Positions 29,130 through 39,160 of a DNA stretch of 64,000 nucleotides are shown in pieces. Under the pieces are notes generated by a model, which was not told where the DNA came from, did not search any database, and was given only the letters and a program-made list of their open reading frames with translations. Positions within the stretch are counted from its first letter, which is position 1; the number at the start of each line of letters is the position of its first letter. This DNA comes from Deltaproteobacteria bacterium (GTDB lineage: Bacteria; Myxococcota_A; UBA9160; SMWR01): positions 1 to 64,000 of the forward strand of contig JAQBGU010000179.1 of the NCBI GenBank assembly GCA_032128375.1, given 5' to 3'. The position numbers were made by a program, and so were the translations under genes.

Positions 29130-29603
29130 ATGTCGAGGCGCGATCAGATCCGGATGAATGATGATGAAATCCGTGACCTCCTGCGAGAGAACAAAACGAT
29201 CATTATCAGTTCGATCGGACAGGACGGCTTTCCGCACCCGATGCCGATGTGGTTCTCGGTGGATGAGGCGATGGTCATCTCGATGACGACGTTCCGAAAG
29301 AGCCAGAAGATCCTGAATCTGCAGCGAGACCCCCGCGTGAGCCTGCTCGTCGAGTCCGGCCTCGAATATCAAGAGCTCAAGGGTGTCGTCATCTATGGCC
29401 GTGCCGAGCTCAGCGAGGATCTCGACCAGATCATCGCCGCCCTGCTTGCCGCCGCCGGCCAGGAAGCGCCCGCCGATGACGCCGACGCGCAGAAGGCCAT
29501 GCGCGAAGTCATGCAGAAGACGGCCTCCAAACGAACCGTGATCCGCGTCAAACCGGAGCGAGTCATCTCCTGGAACCACGCGAAACTCGGGGGCGTTTAC
29601 TGA
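29130..29603 (+). CDS. PPOX-class (probably F420-dependent) split-barrel oxidoreductase
   Basis: GFPHPMPMW, KSQKILNLQRDPRVSLLVE and ISWNHAKLGG. Confidence 0.85.
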   Translation: MSRRDQIRMNDDEIRDLLRENKTIIISSIGQDGFPHPMPMWFSVDEAMVISMTTFRKSQKILNLQRDPRVSLLVESGLEYQELKGVVIYGRAELSEDLDQIIAALLAAAGQEAPADDADAQKAMREVMQKTASKRTVIRVKPERVISWNHAKLGGVY

Positions 29604-29692
29604 TCCAGGCGCCTGTGTCGTAGCTTCCAGCACGGGTACCACGGCGTCGCGCTCTGTTGGCTAGGATCGCCTGGCTGTGGGCTGGAGGGATC

Positions 29693-30844
29693 ATGTCGCG
29701 TTCACCGTTTCACGACGTCGCCATCGTTGGTGCCTACAACACCGTTCAGGCCAAGAAAATCGATCAGTCCGAAATGGCGTTACTGCTGGACGCCATGCGC
29801 GGTGCAGTCGGCTCAGCAGGGCTCGGTCTTCGCGATGTCGACGGTCTCAATGTGACTTCCTCGGTTGGGCGATACAATTCGCGAGAGGCGGTGGCCTTGC
29901 TAGGGGGGCGCCCCTGCTGGACCGGCGTTGATATCGGCATCCCCGGCGTGATCGAGGCGGCTTTTGCGATCTCCGCTGGTCTGGCGGACGTGGTGTTGAT
30001 CGCGACCGCGCAGGCGCGGGAATACACCGACCGCGTCAAGACCGCGCCCTGGACAAGGCCGAGCAACGAGTTCGTCGAGTGTTGGGGGCTCTACACCGCC
30101 GCGGAGTTCGCGCTCATCGCGCGCCGCCATATGCACCTTTATGGCACCAAAGTCGAGTCGTTGGCGGAAGTGGCATCAGCCATCCGCAGCAACGGCGCGC
30201 GCAATCCGGCCGCGCTGCATTACGGTCGCGAGGTCTCGCCGGAAGATGTGTTGAATTCGCGCATGGTGGCCGATCCCTTCCACCTGCTCGATTGCGCGGT
30301 AACCTGCGAGGGGGGAGCGGGTCTGGTGATGACGAGTGTCGCGCGCGCCCGCGATCTCGATTGCGAGCCCATCTATGTGCTAGGCGGCGGGATCGAGCGC
30401 CAGGGCATGGCCTATACGAGCCCGCCGGTATGGGATCGCTACGGTCTTTCGGGTCGAACGTCTGCGGAAAGGGCTTTCGCGCAGGCGGGGCTCACTCCTG
30501 ACGACGTCGATGTAGCCGAATTCTACGATCCCTTCTCATTCGAGATCATTCGACAGCTCGAGGCCTTCGGTTTCTGCGGCGAGGGCGAAGGTGGCGACTT
30601 TGTAATGGGCGGGAGGATACGCATAGGTGGCGAGCTCCCCATCGTCACCAATGGCGGACTGATGTCGTACAGCCATGCCGGAATGGCGCAGTTGCTCCAA
30701 AAGCCCATCGCCGCCGTTCAGCAACTACGCGGTGAGTTGCCCGCTGAGCTGACCGTGCCCGGAGCCAAGGTGGCGTTGGCGAGCAACGGCGGCGCGGGGG
30801 CGCTTTTCTGCGACGTTCTATTGGTTGGAAAGGAGCAGCCTTGA
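29693..30844 (+). CDS. SCP-x-type thiolase family protein (Ltp2-like)
   Basis: ARRHMHLYGT, LLDCAVTCEGG, VAEFYDPFS and TNGGLMSYSH. Confidence 0.9.
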   Translation: MSRSPFHDVAIVGAYNTVQAKKIDQSEMALLLDAMRGAVGSAGLGLRDVDGLNVTSSVGRYNSREAVALLGGRPCWTGVDIGIPGVIEAAFAISAGLADVVLIATAQAREYTDRVKTAPWTRPSNEFVECWGLYTAAEFALIARRHMHLYGTKVESLAEVASAIRSNGARNPAALHYGREVSPEDVLNSRMVADPFHLLDCAVTCEGGAGLVMTSVARARDLDCEPIYVLGGGIERQGMAYTSPPVWDRYGLSGRTSAERAFAQAGLTPDDVDVAEFYDPFSFEIIRQLEAFGFCGEGEGGDFVMGGRIRIGGELPIVTNGGLMSYSHAGMAQLLQKPIAAVQQLRGELPAELTVPGAKVALASNGGAGALFCDVLLVGKEQP

Positions 30845-31263
30845 GCGAGTTGGCAGCCTCGAGCGAATACAAAGGCATCCCGCTTCCGCGTCCCACGGAT
30901 CTCTCGAAGCCGCACTGGGACGGCTGCCGCGATGGCGTGTTGCGCGTCCAGCGCTGCTCGACCTGCGACGCATACGTGTTCATACCGCAGCCGATCTGCA
31001 CCGCGTGTCAGGGCGACGACCTCGAGTGGGTCGAGAGCTCGGGACGTGGGCGGGTCTACAGCTTTACGACCGTCCACCGCCCGCCTCGTGCGGAGTTCGA
31101 AGTTCCCTATGTGGTCGCCATCGTCGAACTCGAAGAGGGCTGGCACATGTTGACGAACATCATCGGCTGCGCGGCCGACGCGGTGCAGGTGGATATGCCG
31201 GTCGAAGTTTGCTTCGAGCGCATGTCCGAGGAGATCACGCTGCCGAGGTTTCGCCCGGCCTGA
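30841..31263 (+). CDS. Zn-ribbon OB-fold (DUF35) protein
   Basis: CSTC..CTAC and VPYVVAIVELEEG. TTGA overlap with the thiolase gene. Confidence 0.92.
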   Translation: MSELAASSEYKGIPLPRPTDLSKPHWDGCRDGVLRVQRCSTCDAYVFIPQPICTACQGDDLEWVESSGRGRVYSFTTVHRPPRAEFEVPYVVAIVELEEGWHMLTNIIGCAADAVQVDMPVEVCFERMSEEITLPRFRPA

Positions 31264-31309
31264 GCGCGCGCGGGCGGGGGAAAACGCAGTAGGAAAAGGG
31301 TGCGATGAA

Positions 31310-32491
31310 ATGAGCAGCGACGACGAACGCTTGAGTTCCGGCGAAACCTGGCGGAACTACTGTGATCGATTGAAAGCAGCTGGCGAGTCGATCATCGAAG
31401 ACGGTTTTCCGGACGAACCGCGCGATCGAGCGGAGGGCATTCGCTGGTTGACGCGACTGGTTGTGCACGCGACGCAGATGGAAGTCGAAGCCGGCGATGC
31501 GCGGCATCCGTTCTTCGTCCGGTATGAAACCCCAGCAAATCAATGGGGCGGGCCGAATCCAGACAATGTCTACTTGCGTGCGAACGTCGATCCGAGCTGC
31601 AGCTATCGCATCTGGGCCAACGTGGCGGGAGTGCGCCAGGCGATTTTCTCGCTCAACGAAGGCGATATGCAGCTCGGTGAGTTCGGGGTCTATGCAGAGC
31701 ACTCCCTCGATCAATTCGAGATCGCGACGGATGACGCATTGGAGATCTGGCTGTCCCCCGACCGCCATTCCGGCAACTGGATGGAGATGGATCCGAATGG
31801 CAGGCTGCTGACGATCCGAGTCTTTCAGAGCGATTGGGAAAACGACGCCGCGCCGGTATTTCACATCGAGCGTGTCGGTGCCGAAGGCGTGCCGCGACCG
31901 CACATTGATGCTGCGTTCATGAATCGCGCGCTCGACCGATCGGCCAGTTGGGTCGAGCGCACGGCAACGTTCTGGAATGCTTATACGACTCGGGGCTGGA
32001 ACCGCGCGACGCCCAATGTCACGAGTCCGGCAGCCGCGGCGAAGGGCGGGGCAGAAAACATTCTATACGGCAGCTGTTTCTGGGAACTCGATACGGACCA
32101 GGCGCTGGTGATCGAGTGCGAACAACCGGACGCCGAATACTGGGGCTTCACGATTCACACGCTCGGCTGGCTCGAATCCGGCGACTTCGCTGAGCGACAA
32201 ACCAGCCTGAACGGCTACCAGATGCACCTCGATCGCGATGGTTGCGTGCGCATCGTGTTGGCGCACCGCGATCCGGGTGTGCCCAACTGGATCGATACCG
32301 AGTCGCGCAGACGGGGCCTGCTCGTGTATCGCTGGGTCTGGGCCAGCGACAACCCATTGCCGCACTCCGAAGTCATTGCATTTGCAGACGTGAGGTCCCA
32401 TGTCCCGCACGATCATCCGGTCGTCGACGCGCCGACGCGTCGCAAGGCGCTCGCACGCAGGCGCGAAGCGGCGTGGAATCGCGCTCAATGA
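31310..32491 (+). CDS. DUF1214 domain protein
   Basis: WGGPNPDNVY, YWGFTI and RDPGVPNWIDT. Confidence 0.8.
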   Translation: MSSDDERLSSGETWRNYCDRLKAAGESIIEDGFPDEPRDRAEGIRWLTRLVVHATQMEVEAGDARHPFFVRYETPANQWGGPNPDNVYLRANVDPSCSYRIWANVAGVRQAIFSLNEGDMQLGEFGVYAEHSLDQFEIATDDALEIWLSPDRHSGNWMEMDPNGRLLTIRVFQSDWENDAAPVFHIERVGAEGVPRPHIDAAFMNRALDRSASWVERTATFWNAYTTRGWNRATPNVTSPAAAAKGGAENILYGSCFWELDTDQALVIECEQPDAEYWGFTIHTLGWLESGDFAERQTSLNGYQMHLDRDGCVRIVLAHRDPGVPNWIDTESRRRGLLVYRWVWASDNPLPHSEVIAFADVRSHVPHDHPVVDAPTRRKALARRREAAWNRAQ

Positions 32492-33714
32492 GCTGGACGC
32501 CCCCCAGGCGGCCAGTCTGGGTCGAGCGCTGGATCGCACATGGCGAGGCGGTGGGAGGCGCGGCGAATCTCGTTTCGCTCGATTCCGAAGAGATGATCGA
32601 CGTCGCCAGGCAGTCAACGGGGCTCGTCGATTTTGGCGGTGACTCGTGGCGCGAGCACTTCGATGTCTTCCTGGCCGCTGCAGAATCAGAAGCCCGCCTG
32701 CATCTACCCGGGCGTACGCTTCTGCGCGCCGAGGTTCTTCAGACGCTGCGCAACCGACTGCAATTGGCAGATCTGTGGAAGCGCAAGCCTGCGTTGCTCG
32801 ACGCGGACGTAGAGGCGCCTGTTTTCATCGTGGGCAGCCCCCGCTCGGGAACCTCGATTCTTCACGAATTGATGGCGTGCGATCCCGCGAGTCGAACGCC
32901 TGCCATGTGGGAGATGCAACATCCGCTTGCATCACACGAAGGGCGTGATTGTTCGGAGTTATCAGACCAGGTGACGCAATTCTGGCACGACTTGCAACCC
33001 GAGTACGAAACGATGCACGCGAATTCGGGGCACCTCCCGAATGAATGCATCTTCATCACGATGCATGAGTTCCTTTCGGATCACTGGGGAGGAGTTCACT
33101 GCGTTCCGAGTTACGACGATCATCTGCGCGGCACCGATCAGCGCCCCGCGTACCGCTACCACAAGCGGTTCCTCAAAACCCTGCAAGTGAACGGCGAAAG
33201 CCGCCGCTGGCTATTGAAGGCGCCCAGCCACCTCTTCCAGATGCGCACGCTATTCGACGTCTATCCAGACGCACGCATCATCCGCACGCACCGCGACCCA
33301 CTAATGACATTGCCGTCTGCGATCAGCCTGATGGGTACGATCAGATGGATGCGCACGAGCCAGGTCGACATGTCGCAGATTCCCACGCGACTGGCGTTGG
33401 GGTACGCGTTCATCTACCGGCAGGAGATCGAGCAGCGGGAAAGTGGGGTCTTGCCAGACGATCGATTCATCGACGTGAAATTCGACGATCTGGTGCACGA
33501 CCCGCTGTTGACGCTGGAACGGGTGTACCAGAAGCTCGGTTGGCGATTCGGTGATGAAGCCCGCCGCCGAATCGCCGACTACGCGGCAAAAAAGCCCAAG
33601 GATGCGCGTGGAGTGCATCGCTATTCGCTCGAGGAAGTAGGATTCGATGCGAATGAGGAGCGAAAGCGGTTTCGCTTCTATTCCGATCGCTACGGTCTCT
33701 CCGACCCGGGCTAG
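32488..33714 (+). CDS. Sulfotransferase family protein
   Basis: FIVGSPRSGTS (5'-PSB), WLLKAPSH and THRDP..S (3'-PB). ATGA overlap with the DUF1214 gene. Confidence 0.9.
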   Translation: MSWTPPRRPVWVERWIAHGEAVGGAANLVSLDSEEMIDVARQSTGLVDFGGDSWREHFDVFLAAAESEARLHLPGRTLLRAEVLQTLRNRLQLADLWKRKPALLDADVEAPVFIVGSPRSGTSILHELMACDPASRTPAMWEMQHPLASHEGRDCSELSDQVTQFWHDLQPEYETMHANSGHLPNECIFITMHEFLSDHWGGVHCVPSYDDHLRGTDQRPAYRYHKRFLKTLQVNGESRRWLLKAPSHLFQMRTLFDVYPDARIIRTHRDPLMTLPSAISLMGTIRWMRTSQVDMSQIPTRLALGYAFIYRQEIEQRESGVLPDDRFIDVKFDDLVHDPLLTLERVYQKLGWRFGDEARRRIADYAAKKPKDARGVHRYSLEEVGFDANEERKRFRFYSDRYGLSDPG

Positions 33715-33783
33715 TTGCGCGTTCGCCGCTGCGCGGCGAAAGCTTCCACGCGCTCGCCCGACCCATCTTGTGTCGGGGGGCTG

Positions 33784-34620
33784 CTAGGCGGCGGGCCTCT
33801 TGAAGACGAGCAGGAAGCGGTCCGTCTTGCCGCGAATTGTATCGTCGAATACGCTCTCGCTGCGGTTGTCTCTGTTGTTTCTGAGCAAGTCGGATTTTCG
33901 AACGAGCTCGAAGCCGGCGGAGAGCAGCTCCTTCTCCACGAGCTCCTCATCTACACGATGAAGCGTCTCGACGTCGCGGGATCCGGAATCGGTTTTCGCG
34001 CTGTGGTCGATGATGAGGAACACGCCGCCCGGCTTTAGCGACGAGAACACGGCTCGGTTCATGGCTGCTCGATTGACGCCCATCCAATAGGTGTCGTGAT
34101 AGAACTGCACGAGGAACGCGGCATCGAGAGAAGAGGTGGGGAATTCGAGCTGATCGAGTTCCCAAGAGACGGGATGCACGTTGGAGATACCTGAGTTGCG
34201 AAGACGCTGCCGCAACAGAGAGCCATAGCGCTGCTTCGAAATCGCGTTGTTGTGGGAGTAGACGCGGCCCTTGGGGCCAACGGCACGAGCCAACACTTCG
34301 GTATACCAGCCACCGCCCGCCATGAGATCCGCAATTTGCATGCCGGGGACGATCCTAGCGAGGGTCAGCACCTCGACCGGTCGCCTCGTTGCGTCGCGGG
34401 CGCGATCATCATCGGAGCGCTGTGCGATCGCGGCTTCGATGGGATCTTCGTCGTTCCACGCCTGCTCTGCGCTGGTCGACGGATCCTCGCAGCCGGACGC
34501 GAACGCAATCATCGACATCGCGTATAGCAGCAGCCCGGTACACAGGCGTCTGATGACAGATTCGACGGGTCGGTAGGATCGCTTCGAATTTTGACAGCAT
34601 TCAGTGTCGAATTTGTCCAC
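33784..34620 (-). CDS. SAM-dependent methyltransferase, possibly a lipoprotein
   Basis: ADLMAGGGWYT, QFYHD, LKPGGVFLIIDH and RGKTDRF. A lipobox-like ASGC lies near the N-terminus. Start uncertain. Confidence 0.8.
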   Translation of the reverse strand: MDKFDTECCQNSKRSYRPVESVIRRLCTGLLLYAMSMIAFASGCEDPSTSAEQAWNDEDPIEAAIAQRSDDDRARDATRRPVEVLTLARIVPGMQIADLMAGGGWYTEVLARAVGPKGRVYSHNNAISKQRYGSLLRQRLRNSGISNVHPVSWELDQLEFPTSSLDAAFLVQFYHDTYWMGVNRAAMNRAVFSSLKPGGVFLIIDHSAKTDSGSRDVETLHRVDEELVEKELLSAGFELVRKSDLLRNNRDNRSESVFDDTIRGKTDRFLLVFKRPAA

Positions 34621-34649
34621 CGGGTTCTCTCCCCATTTGTCAGACGAGG

Positions 34650-34985
34650 TCACCACCGGCCCGGGTCCAACGGATGAGCGCACACTACCTGTTCCTGGTT
34701 TCGGATTGGAGCGAGGCGCAGCGCGTCTTCCGGGCACGCCTCGATGCACAGCCGACACGCGTGGCAAGCCTGCGGCCGTATGACGTAAGCCTGTTTGCCA
34801 GCGTGCGCCCAGGCCTTGATTTTTCCAATGAACGACAGCGATGCGTGATCCGAAGCCGCGAGAGGCCGAATTTCGAATATAGGTCGTAGGGACAGACGCG
34901 AACGCAATCTTCCTTCGCTTCGCATCGGTTCCGAATCGACCACCGGAGCGACCTTGCCCCACTCGCCCTTACAAAAATCAGGTAG
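34650..34985 (-). pseudogene. 4Fe-4S dicluster ferredoxin with two compensating frameshifts
   Basis: RNRCEAKEDCVRVCPYD is in one frame, while the flanks and CHACRLCIEACPEDA are in another. Confidence 0.75.
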
Positions 34986-35174
34986 GGAGTTTCCAATCTG
35001 CCCCTTCCAGAACCGGCGTTCAGCAGCGACCCACTTCCTTGTCGATGGGTCGATGGCTGACCCTTTGACCGACGTCGATCCCCGAACTCTACCAGACCCG
35101 CGCGGTTGCGAAGCTTGACGCACACTTCGCATTCAGGATACAAGAGGAGTTCCACGAATGGAGAAAACCGAGAC

Positions 35175-35759
35175 GTGACGGAACGCCTTCGACCTCTGGA
35201 TCCGAGCGAGTGGAGTGAAGAAGTACGGCGTCTTCTCGGAGGCACCCTCGAAGGAGTCGAGACCCTCGAGGGCTCAACGCGTCGCGAGAAGTCGCGTCCG
35301 CTCAACATCTTGCTGACCATCGCCCACCACCCGCAGCTGCTGGGGCCGTTTCTGGCATTCGCTGCCACCCTCGCGATACGAGGTGTGCTCCCGCGGCGGG
35401 ATTCTGAACTGCTCGCGCTGCGTACGGCGTGGAATTGCCAGTCGGACTTCGAGTGGGGCCATCATGTCGTGTACGCGAAAGCAGCTGGTCTTTCGGACAC
35501 GGAAATCGGCGGCGTCGCGATCGGACCTTCCGATACAGGCTGGTCGGTGCACGATCGCTGTCTGCTCGAAGCAGCGGACGAGCTTCATCTGACGCAAAGG
35601 ATCTCGGACGGGACATGGCACGGGCTTCGAGCCAGGTTCGATGCAGGGCAACTCGTGGAGATTCCATTCGTTGTCGGGAACTACACGATGCTCTCCATGC
35701 TCGCGAATTCGACGGATGTGCCGCTCGAAGAAGGCCTGCCCGAACTCCCGGCTCGCTGA
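35175..35759 (+). CDS. Carboxymuconolactone decarboxylase / AhpD-like protein
   Basis: LNILLTIAHHP, ELLALRTAW..EWGHH and AADELH. Confidence 0.87.
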   Translation: MTERLRPLDPSEWSEEVRRLLGGTLEGVETLEGSTRREKSRPLNILLTIAHHPQLLGPFLAFAATLAIRGVLPRRDSELLALRTAWNCQSDFEWGHHVVYAKAAGLSDTEIGGVAIGPSDTGWSVHDRCLLEAADELHLTQRISDGTWHGLRARFDAGQLVEIPFVVGNYTMLSMLANSTDVPLEEGLPELPAR

Positions 35760-35843
35760 TTGCCGGTCGAAAGGTCGGGCTTCAGCCGAGCGATCGTTCT
35801 ACCCTCGACGGGCGCTCAACCCCGCGTGGGTCAAGGAGCCATC

Positions 35844-36677
35844 ATGACGCGACTCGCAGGCCAAACCGCAATCATCACCGGGGGTGCCAGCGGCATCGGC
35901 GCAGCCAGCGTACGCATGTTCGTCGAGAACGGTGCCCGCGTGCTGATCGCGGATACGCAAACGGAACGCGGGGAACAGCTGGCAGACGAGCTCGGCGACG
36001 CGGTTACGTTTCGTCGGGTCGATGTTACGCGCGAGGATGACGTGCGCGGGGCCGTTGAAGAGGTGATGAAGTGCTGGGACCGGCTCGATTGCATGTTCAA
36101 CAATGCGGGCTTCGGCGGCGCGCTCGGATCGATCGAAACGACAACTGTCGACGAATTCGACATCACCTTCGACGTGCTTCTCAAAGGCGTGTTTCTCGGC
36201 ATCAAACACGCGGCGCCTGCGATGCGCGCCAACGGCCGAGGGTCGATCATTAACACCGCCTCGGTAGCAGGGTTGAAGACGGGCGAGTCTCCGCACCTGT
36301 ACAGCGTTGCGAAGGCGGCTGTGATTCACCTGACTCGATCGGTGGCGCTCGAACTTGGCGAGCACGGTATTCGAGTCAACTGCATCTGTCCGGGCATCGT
36401 CGCGACGCCGCTAGCGGCTGGCCGACCAATGGTGAGCGATGCGGGGCTGAGGAAGCTTGCCGATGCACTCGCGAACGCCCAGGCACTGGGTCGCGTCGGC
36501 CAGCCCGAAGACATCGCGCGCGCAGCGTTGTGGCTGGCGAGCGACGAATCGAGTTGGGTGACCGGCCACGCGCAGGTCGTCGATGGCGGCGCATTTGCGG
36601 GACGACCGTGGAGCCGACAACCCGACTGGATCACCGGCGACCGGCCAATCAGGTTGTATCGCCCGGAAGGTCGGTAG
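35844..36677 (+). CDS. SDR family oxidoreductase
   Basis: TGGASGIG, FNNAG, YSVAK and RVNCICPG. Confidence 0.92.
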   Translation: MTRLAGQTAIITGGASGIGAASVRMFVENGARVLIADTQTERGEQLADELGDAVTFRRVDVTREDDVRGAVEEVMKCWDRLDCMFNNAGFGGALGSIETTTVDEFDITFDVLLKGVFLGIKHAAPAMRANGRGSIINTASVAGLKTGESPHLYSVAKAAVIHLTRSVALELGEHGIRVNCICPGIVATPLAAGRPMVSDAGLRKLADALANAQALGRVGQPEDIARAALWLASDESSWVTGHAQVVDGGAFAGRPWSRQPDWITGDRPIRLYRPEGR

Positions 36678-36682
36678 TTGAA

Positions 36683-37438
36683 ATGGTGAAACTGATGGCG
36701 TTTTTCAAGCGCAAACGCGGTATCACGGTGGAGCAGTTCCAGGCGCACTGGCGGACAACCCACGCGGAACTCGTTGTGCGCCAGCGGGGCCTACGCCGGT
36801 ACGTGCAGAACCACACGCTGGCGACGGCGTATCGCGAACCGGGCTCTGGCGAACCCGACTCTCGCGAACCCGCCTCTCGCGAACCCGGCTCTCGCGAACC
36901 CGACTCTCGCGAACCCGACTCTCGCGAACCCGACTACGACGGCGTCGCCGAAGCCTGGTTTGACGATACGCAGGTGATGCGCGATCTCGGCTCGTCGGGG
37001 GAATATCGTGCGGTGCGCGAAGACGAGGCGAATTTCATCGATACCGCCAGCATGGGGGTTGTGATCACTGACGAGGTGGTGATCGTCGACGGTGCTGTTC
37101 CCCAACCCAGCGTGAAGATGATCGCTTTTCTGAACAAGCGGTCGGATGTGACGGTCGAGTTCTTTCAGCGCTACTGGCGCGAGACACACGGGCCGTTCGC
37201 AGCGCGCATCCCAGGCAGCCGCCGCTACGTGCAGTGCCATGCGCGCCTGGGCATCTACGCGACAGGGCGTACCCCTGTGTTCGACGGCATTCCGATTTCA
37301 TGGTTCGACGACGTCGATGCGCTGCGCGAATCGGCGCAATCTGCCGAGTACGCGGTGACGCGGGCAGACGAGCAGAACTTCGTGGTTTCGGGGCGGTTGC
37401 CCCATGTAATCGCGGCGGCACACGAAATCGAGGTGTGA
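36683..37438 (+). CDS. Tandem EthD-domain protein containing an internal (REPDS)n repeat
   Basis: Two F..HW..H...RRYVQ.H...DG..W units. Confidence 0.87.
   Translation: MVKLMAFFKRKRGITVEQFQAHWRTTHAELVVRQRGLRRYVQNHTLATAYREPGSGEPDSREPASREPGSREPDSREPDSREPDYDGVAEAWFDDTQVMRDLGSSGEYRAVREDEANFIDTASMGVVITDEVVIVDGAVPQPSVKMIAFLNKRSDVTVEFFQRYWRETHGPFAARIPGSRRYVQCHARLGIYATGRTPVFDGIPISWFDDVDALRESAQSAEYAVTRADEQNFVVSGRLPHVIAAAHEIEV
36833..36937 (+). repeat. 15-bp coding VNTR, 7 copies (cgcgaacccgactct)
   Basis: Read directly. Encodes REPGS GEPDS REPAS REPGS REPDS REPDS REPDY. Confidence 0.95.
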
Positions 37439-37441
37439 GCG

Positions 37442-37999
37442 ATGAACGATCCGAACCTGCAGCAGCTGCTCGACCGCGTGGCGATCAGCGACGTCGTAAA
37501 TGCATACGCTACCGGGCTCGATCGGCGCGACTGGAAACAGTTTCGCTCGATATTTCTCGATGTGATCGAGATGGATTTCCGTTCGGTCGGTCTGCGGGTG
37601 GGCAGCTACGCTGCAGACGAATGGGTGCGAGATGCGGCACGGTTGTTCGCGGGCTTTGCCGCCACGCAGCACACGAGTACCAACCATGTTCACGATGTGC
37701 GCGGCGACGATGCAACGTGCACCTCGAACATGCAGGCTGAGCATTTTGTCCATGCCGACGCCGACTCTCCCGACCCCGACTCTCATCCCATTTACGCCAG
37801 GAAGCCCGCGGACGAGGCGGATCGCTGGACCATCGGCGGCTATTACACAAACGAACTCGTGCGCACTACCGATGGCTGGAAGCTCGCGAAGGTGACGCTG
37901 ATCGTGACGTGGCAGACTGGGAATCCGGATGTTTCGCGGATCGCGTTCAAGCGTGGGCGAGCGATCGAAGCGAGCGGATTGGGTCGCATGGATGCGTGA
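37442..37999 (+). CDS. SnoaL-like / NTF2-family protein
   Basis: YATGLDRRDW, TQHTSTNH and GGYYTNELVRTTDGWK. Confidence 0.87.
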   Translation: MNDPNLQQLLDRVAISDVVNAYATGLDRRDWKQFRSIFLDVIEMDFRSVGLRVGSYAADEWVRDAARLFAGFAATQHTSTNHVHDVRGDDATCTSNMQAEHFVHADADSPDPDSHPIYARKPADEADRWTIGGYYTNELVRTTDGWKLAKVTLIVTWQTGNPDVSRIAFKRGRAIEASGLGRMDA

Positions 38000-38245
38000 G
38001 CGAAAGCACAAGTTGTAATAGGAAGCTGGGAACTAGCCGGTTCAGACCCCGACGAGCGCTCGCCTGCGCTGCTCAGCTACAGACCGCAACCTAGACCCAT
38101 CGCCGAGATGTCACGGAGCACAGACCTGACTTCATGGGGTAGCGGAAAAGGGGGAGCCGATATTGGAGTACCGAATGATCCGGTATCGGCTCGGCACCTC
38201 AGCCGCTTCACGGTGGATCGCCGGTCCCGTATCGATGGGAACCGC

Positions 38246-39160
38246 TCAACACACTGGTGCATCACGTCGTCGCGGTAGCGCCATCAGCGCGCCGAGTGCC
38301 GTCAGCGACAGTGCGAGACAGTTCGGTTCTGGGACGAAGACGAGCGTGTAGTCGCCTGTTCCGATCCCAATCCGATTGTCAGCTCCCGGCCCGGTGTCGG
38401 GAATGCCGTCCGCATTGCGGTCCTCCCCCCCGGCGATGGCGAAGTTGACCACGCCGTTCGCTGGAACCACACCCTCGATGCAAAGCGGGAAGAGATTGAA
38501 CACGGTCTCGATCGGCGCGCCGGCGTCATTGAGCCACAACAGCGTCTTCTGCAGGCCGAGCTGGTCGGGTGCATCGACCTCCAGCAAGAAGGGCTCGCCT
38601 GGCAGGAGACCCTGGAAGGAGAAGAAGTCGAGATCGGGCTCTCCCAGAGCGACCAGCAGATCGAGCGCACCTTGCTCTGAGTGGGCTCCTGTGAACAAAA
38701 AATCGCTGGAACCGGTCACCGAGAGCTTGATGGTGCCGTCGACGTTGACTGTCCCCAACAGTGCAGAGGCGGTCCCCGTGCCGATGGGGCTGGCATTGTC
38801 GTCGGATGAAACCAAGCTGCCCGTCGCGTCGAAGCTACCGAGCCGCGTGTCGGGGGCCGATGCGGATCCGGGGACGTCGTTGTCGATCCAGGCGATGAAC
38901 CCATCGTTGGGTATTCCCAACGTCATTTCGACGAAGTTGGTGACTTCCTGGGTGACCAGCGAAAGAGAGACGTCCCGATCGGGAGTCGCGAGAACGTCCG
39001 CGATCTGGGCCGTCAGCACCGAGTCACCCGCGCCGAGAGATTGCCGGCTCTGGAACGAATTGTTGGGCTCGATTTCGGCGCTCGTCGCGGCGGAGGCGGC
39101 CAGCGAACCGAGCACGACGAGCGCAACACTCCAGCGAGCAAATATCGGAAAGCATTTCAT
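38246..39160 (-). CDS. PEP-CTERM sorting domain protein
   Basis: Signal peptide, EIEPNN motif, and C-terminal VPEP + hydrophobic helix + RRR. Confidence 0.88.
   Translation of the reverse strand: MKCFPIFARWSVALVVLGSLAASAATSAEIEPNNSFQSRQSLGAGDSVLTAQIADVLATPDRDVSLSLVTQEVTNFVEMTLGIPNDGFIAWIDNDVPGSASAPDTRLGSFDATGSLVSSDDNASPIGTGTASALLGTVNVDGTIKLSVTGSSDFLFTGAHSEQGALDLLVALGEPDLDFFSFQGLLPGEPFLLEVDAPDQLGLQKTLLWLNDAGAPIETVFNLFPLCIEGVVPANGVVNFAIAGGEDRNADGIPDTGPGADNRIGIGTGDYTLVFVPEPNCLALSLTALGALMALPRRRDAPVC

Noticed and set aside
33784..34962. 392-aa methyltransferase with a long N-terminal extension
   Set aside because: The extension overlaps the frameshifted ferredoxin remnant, so the true start is likely at or below 34620.
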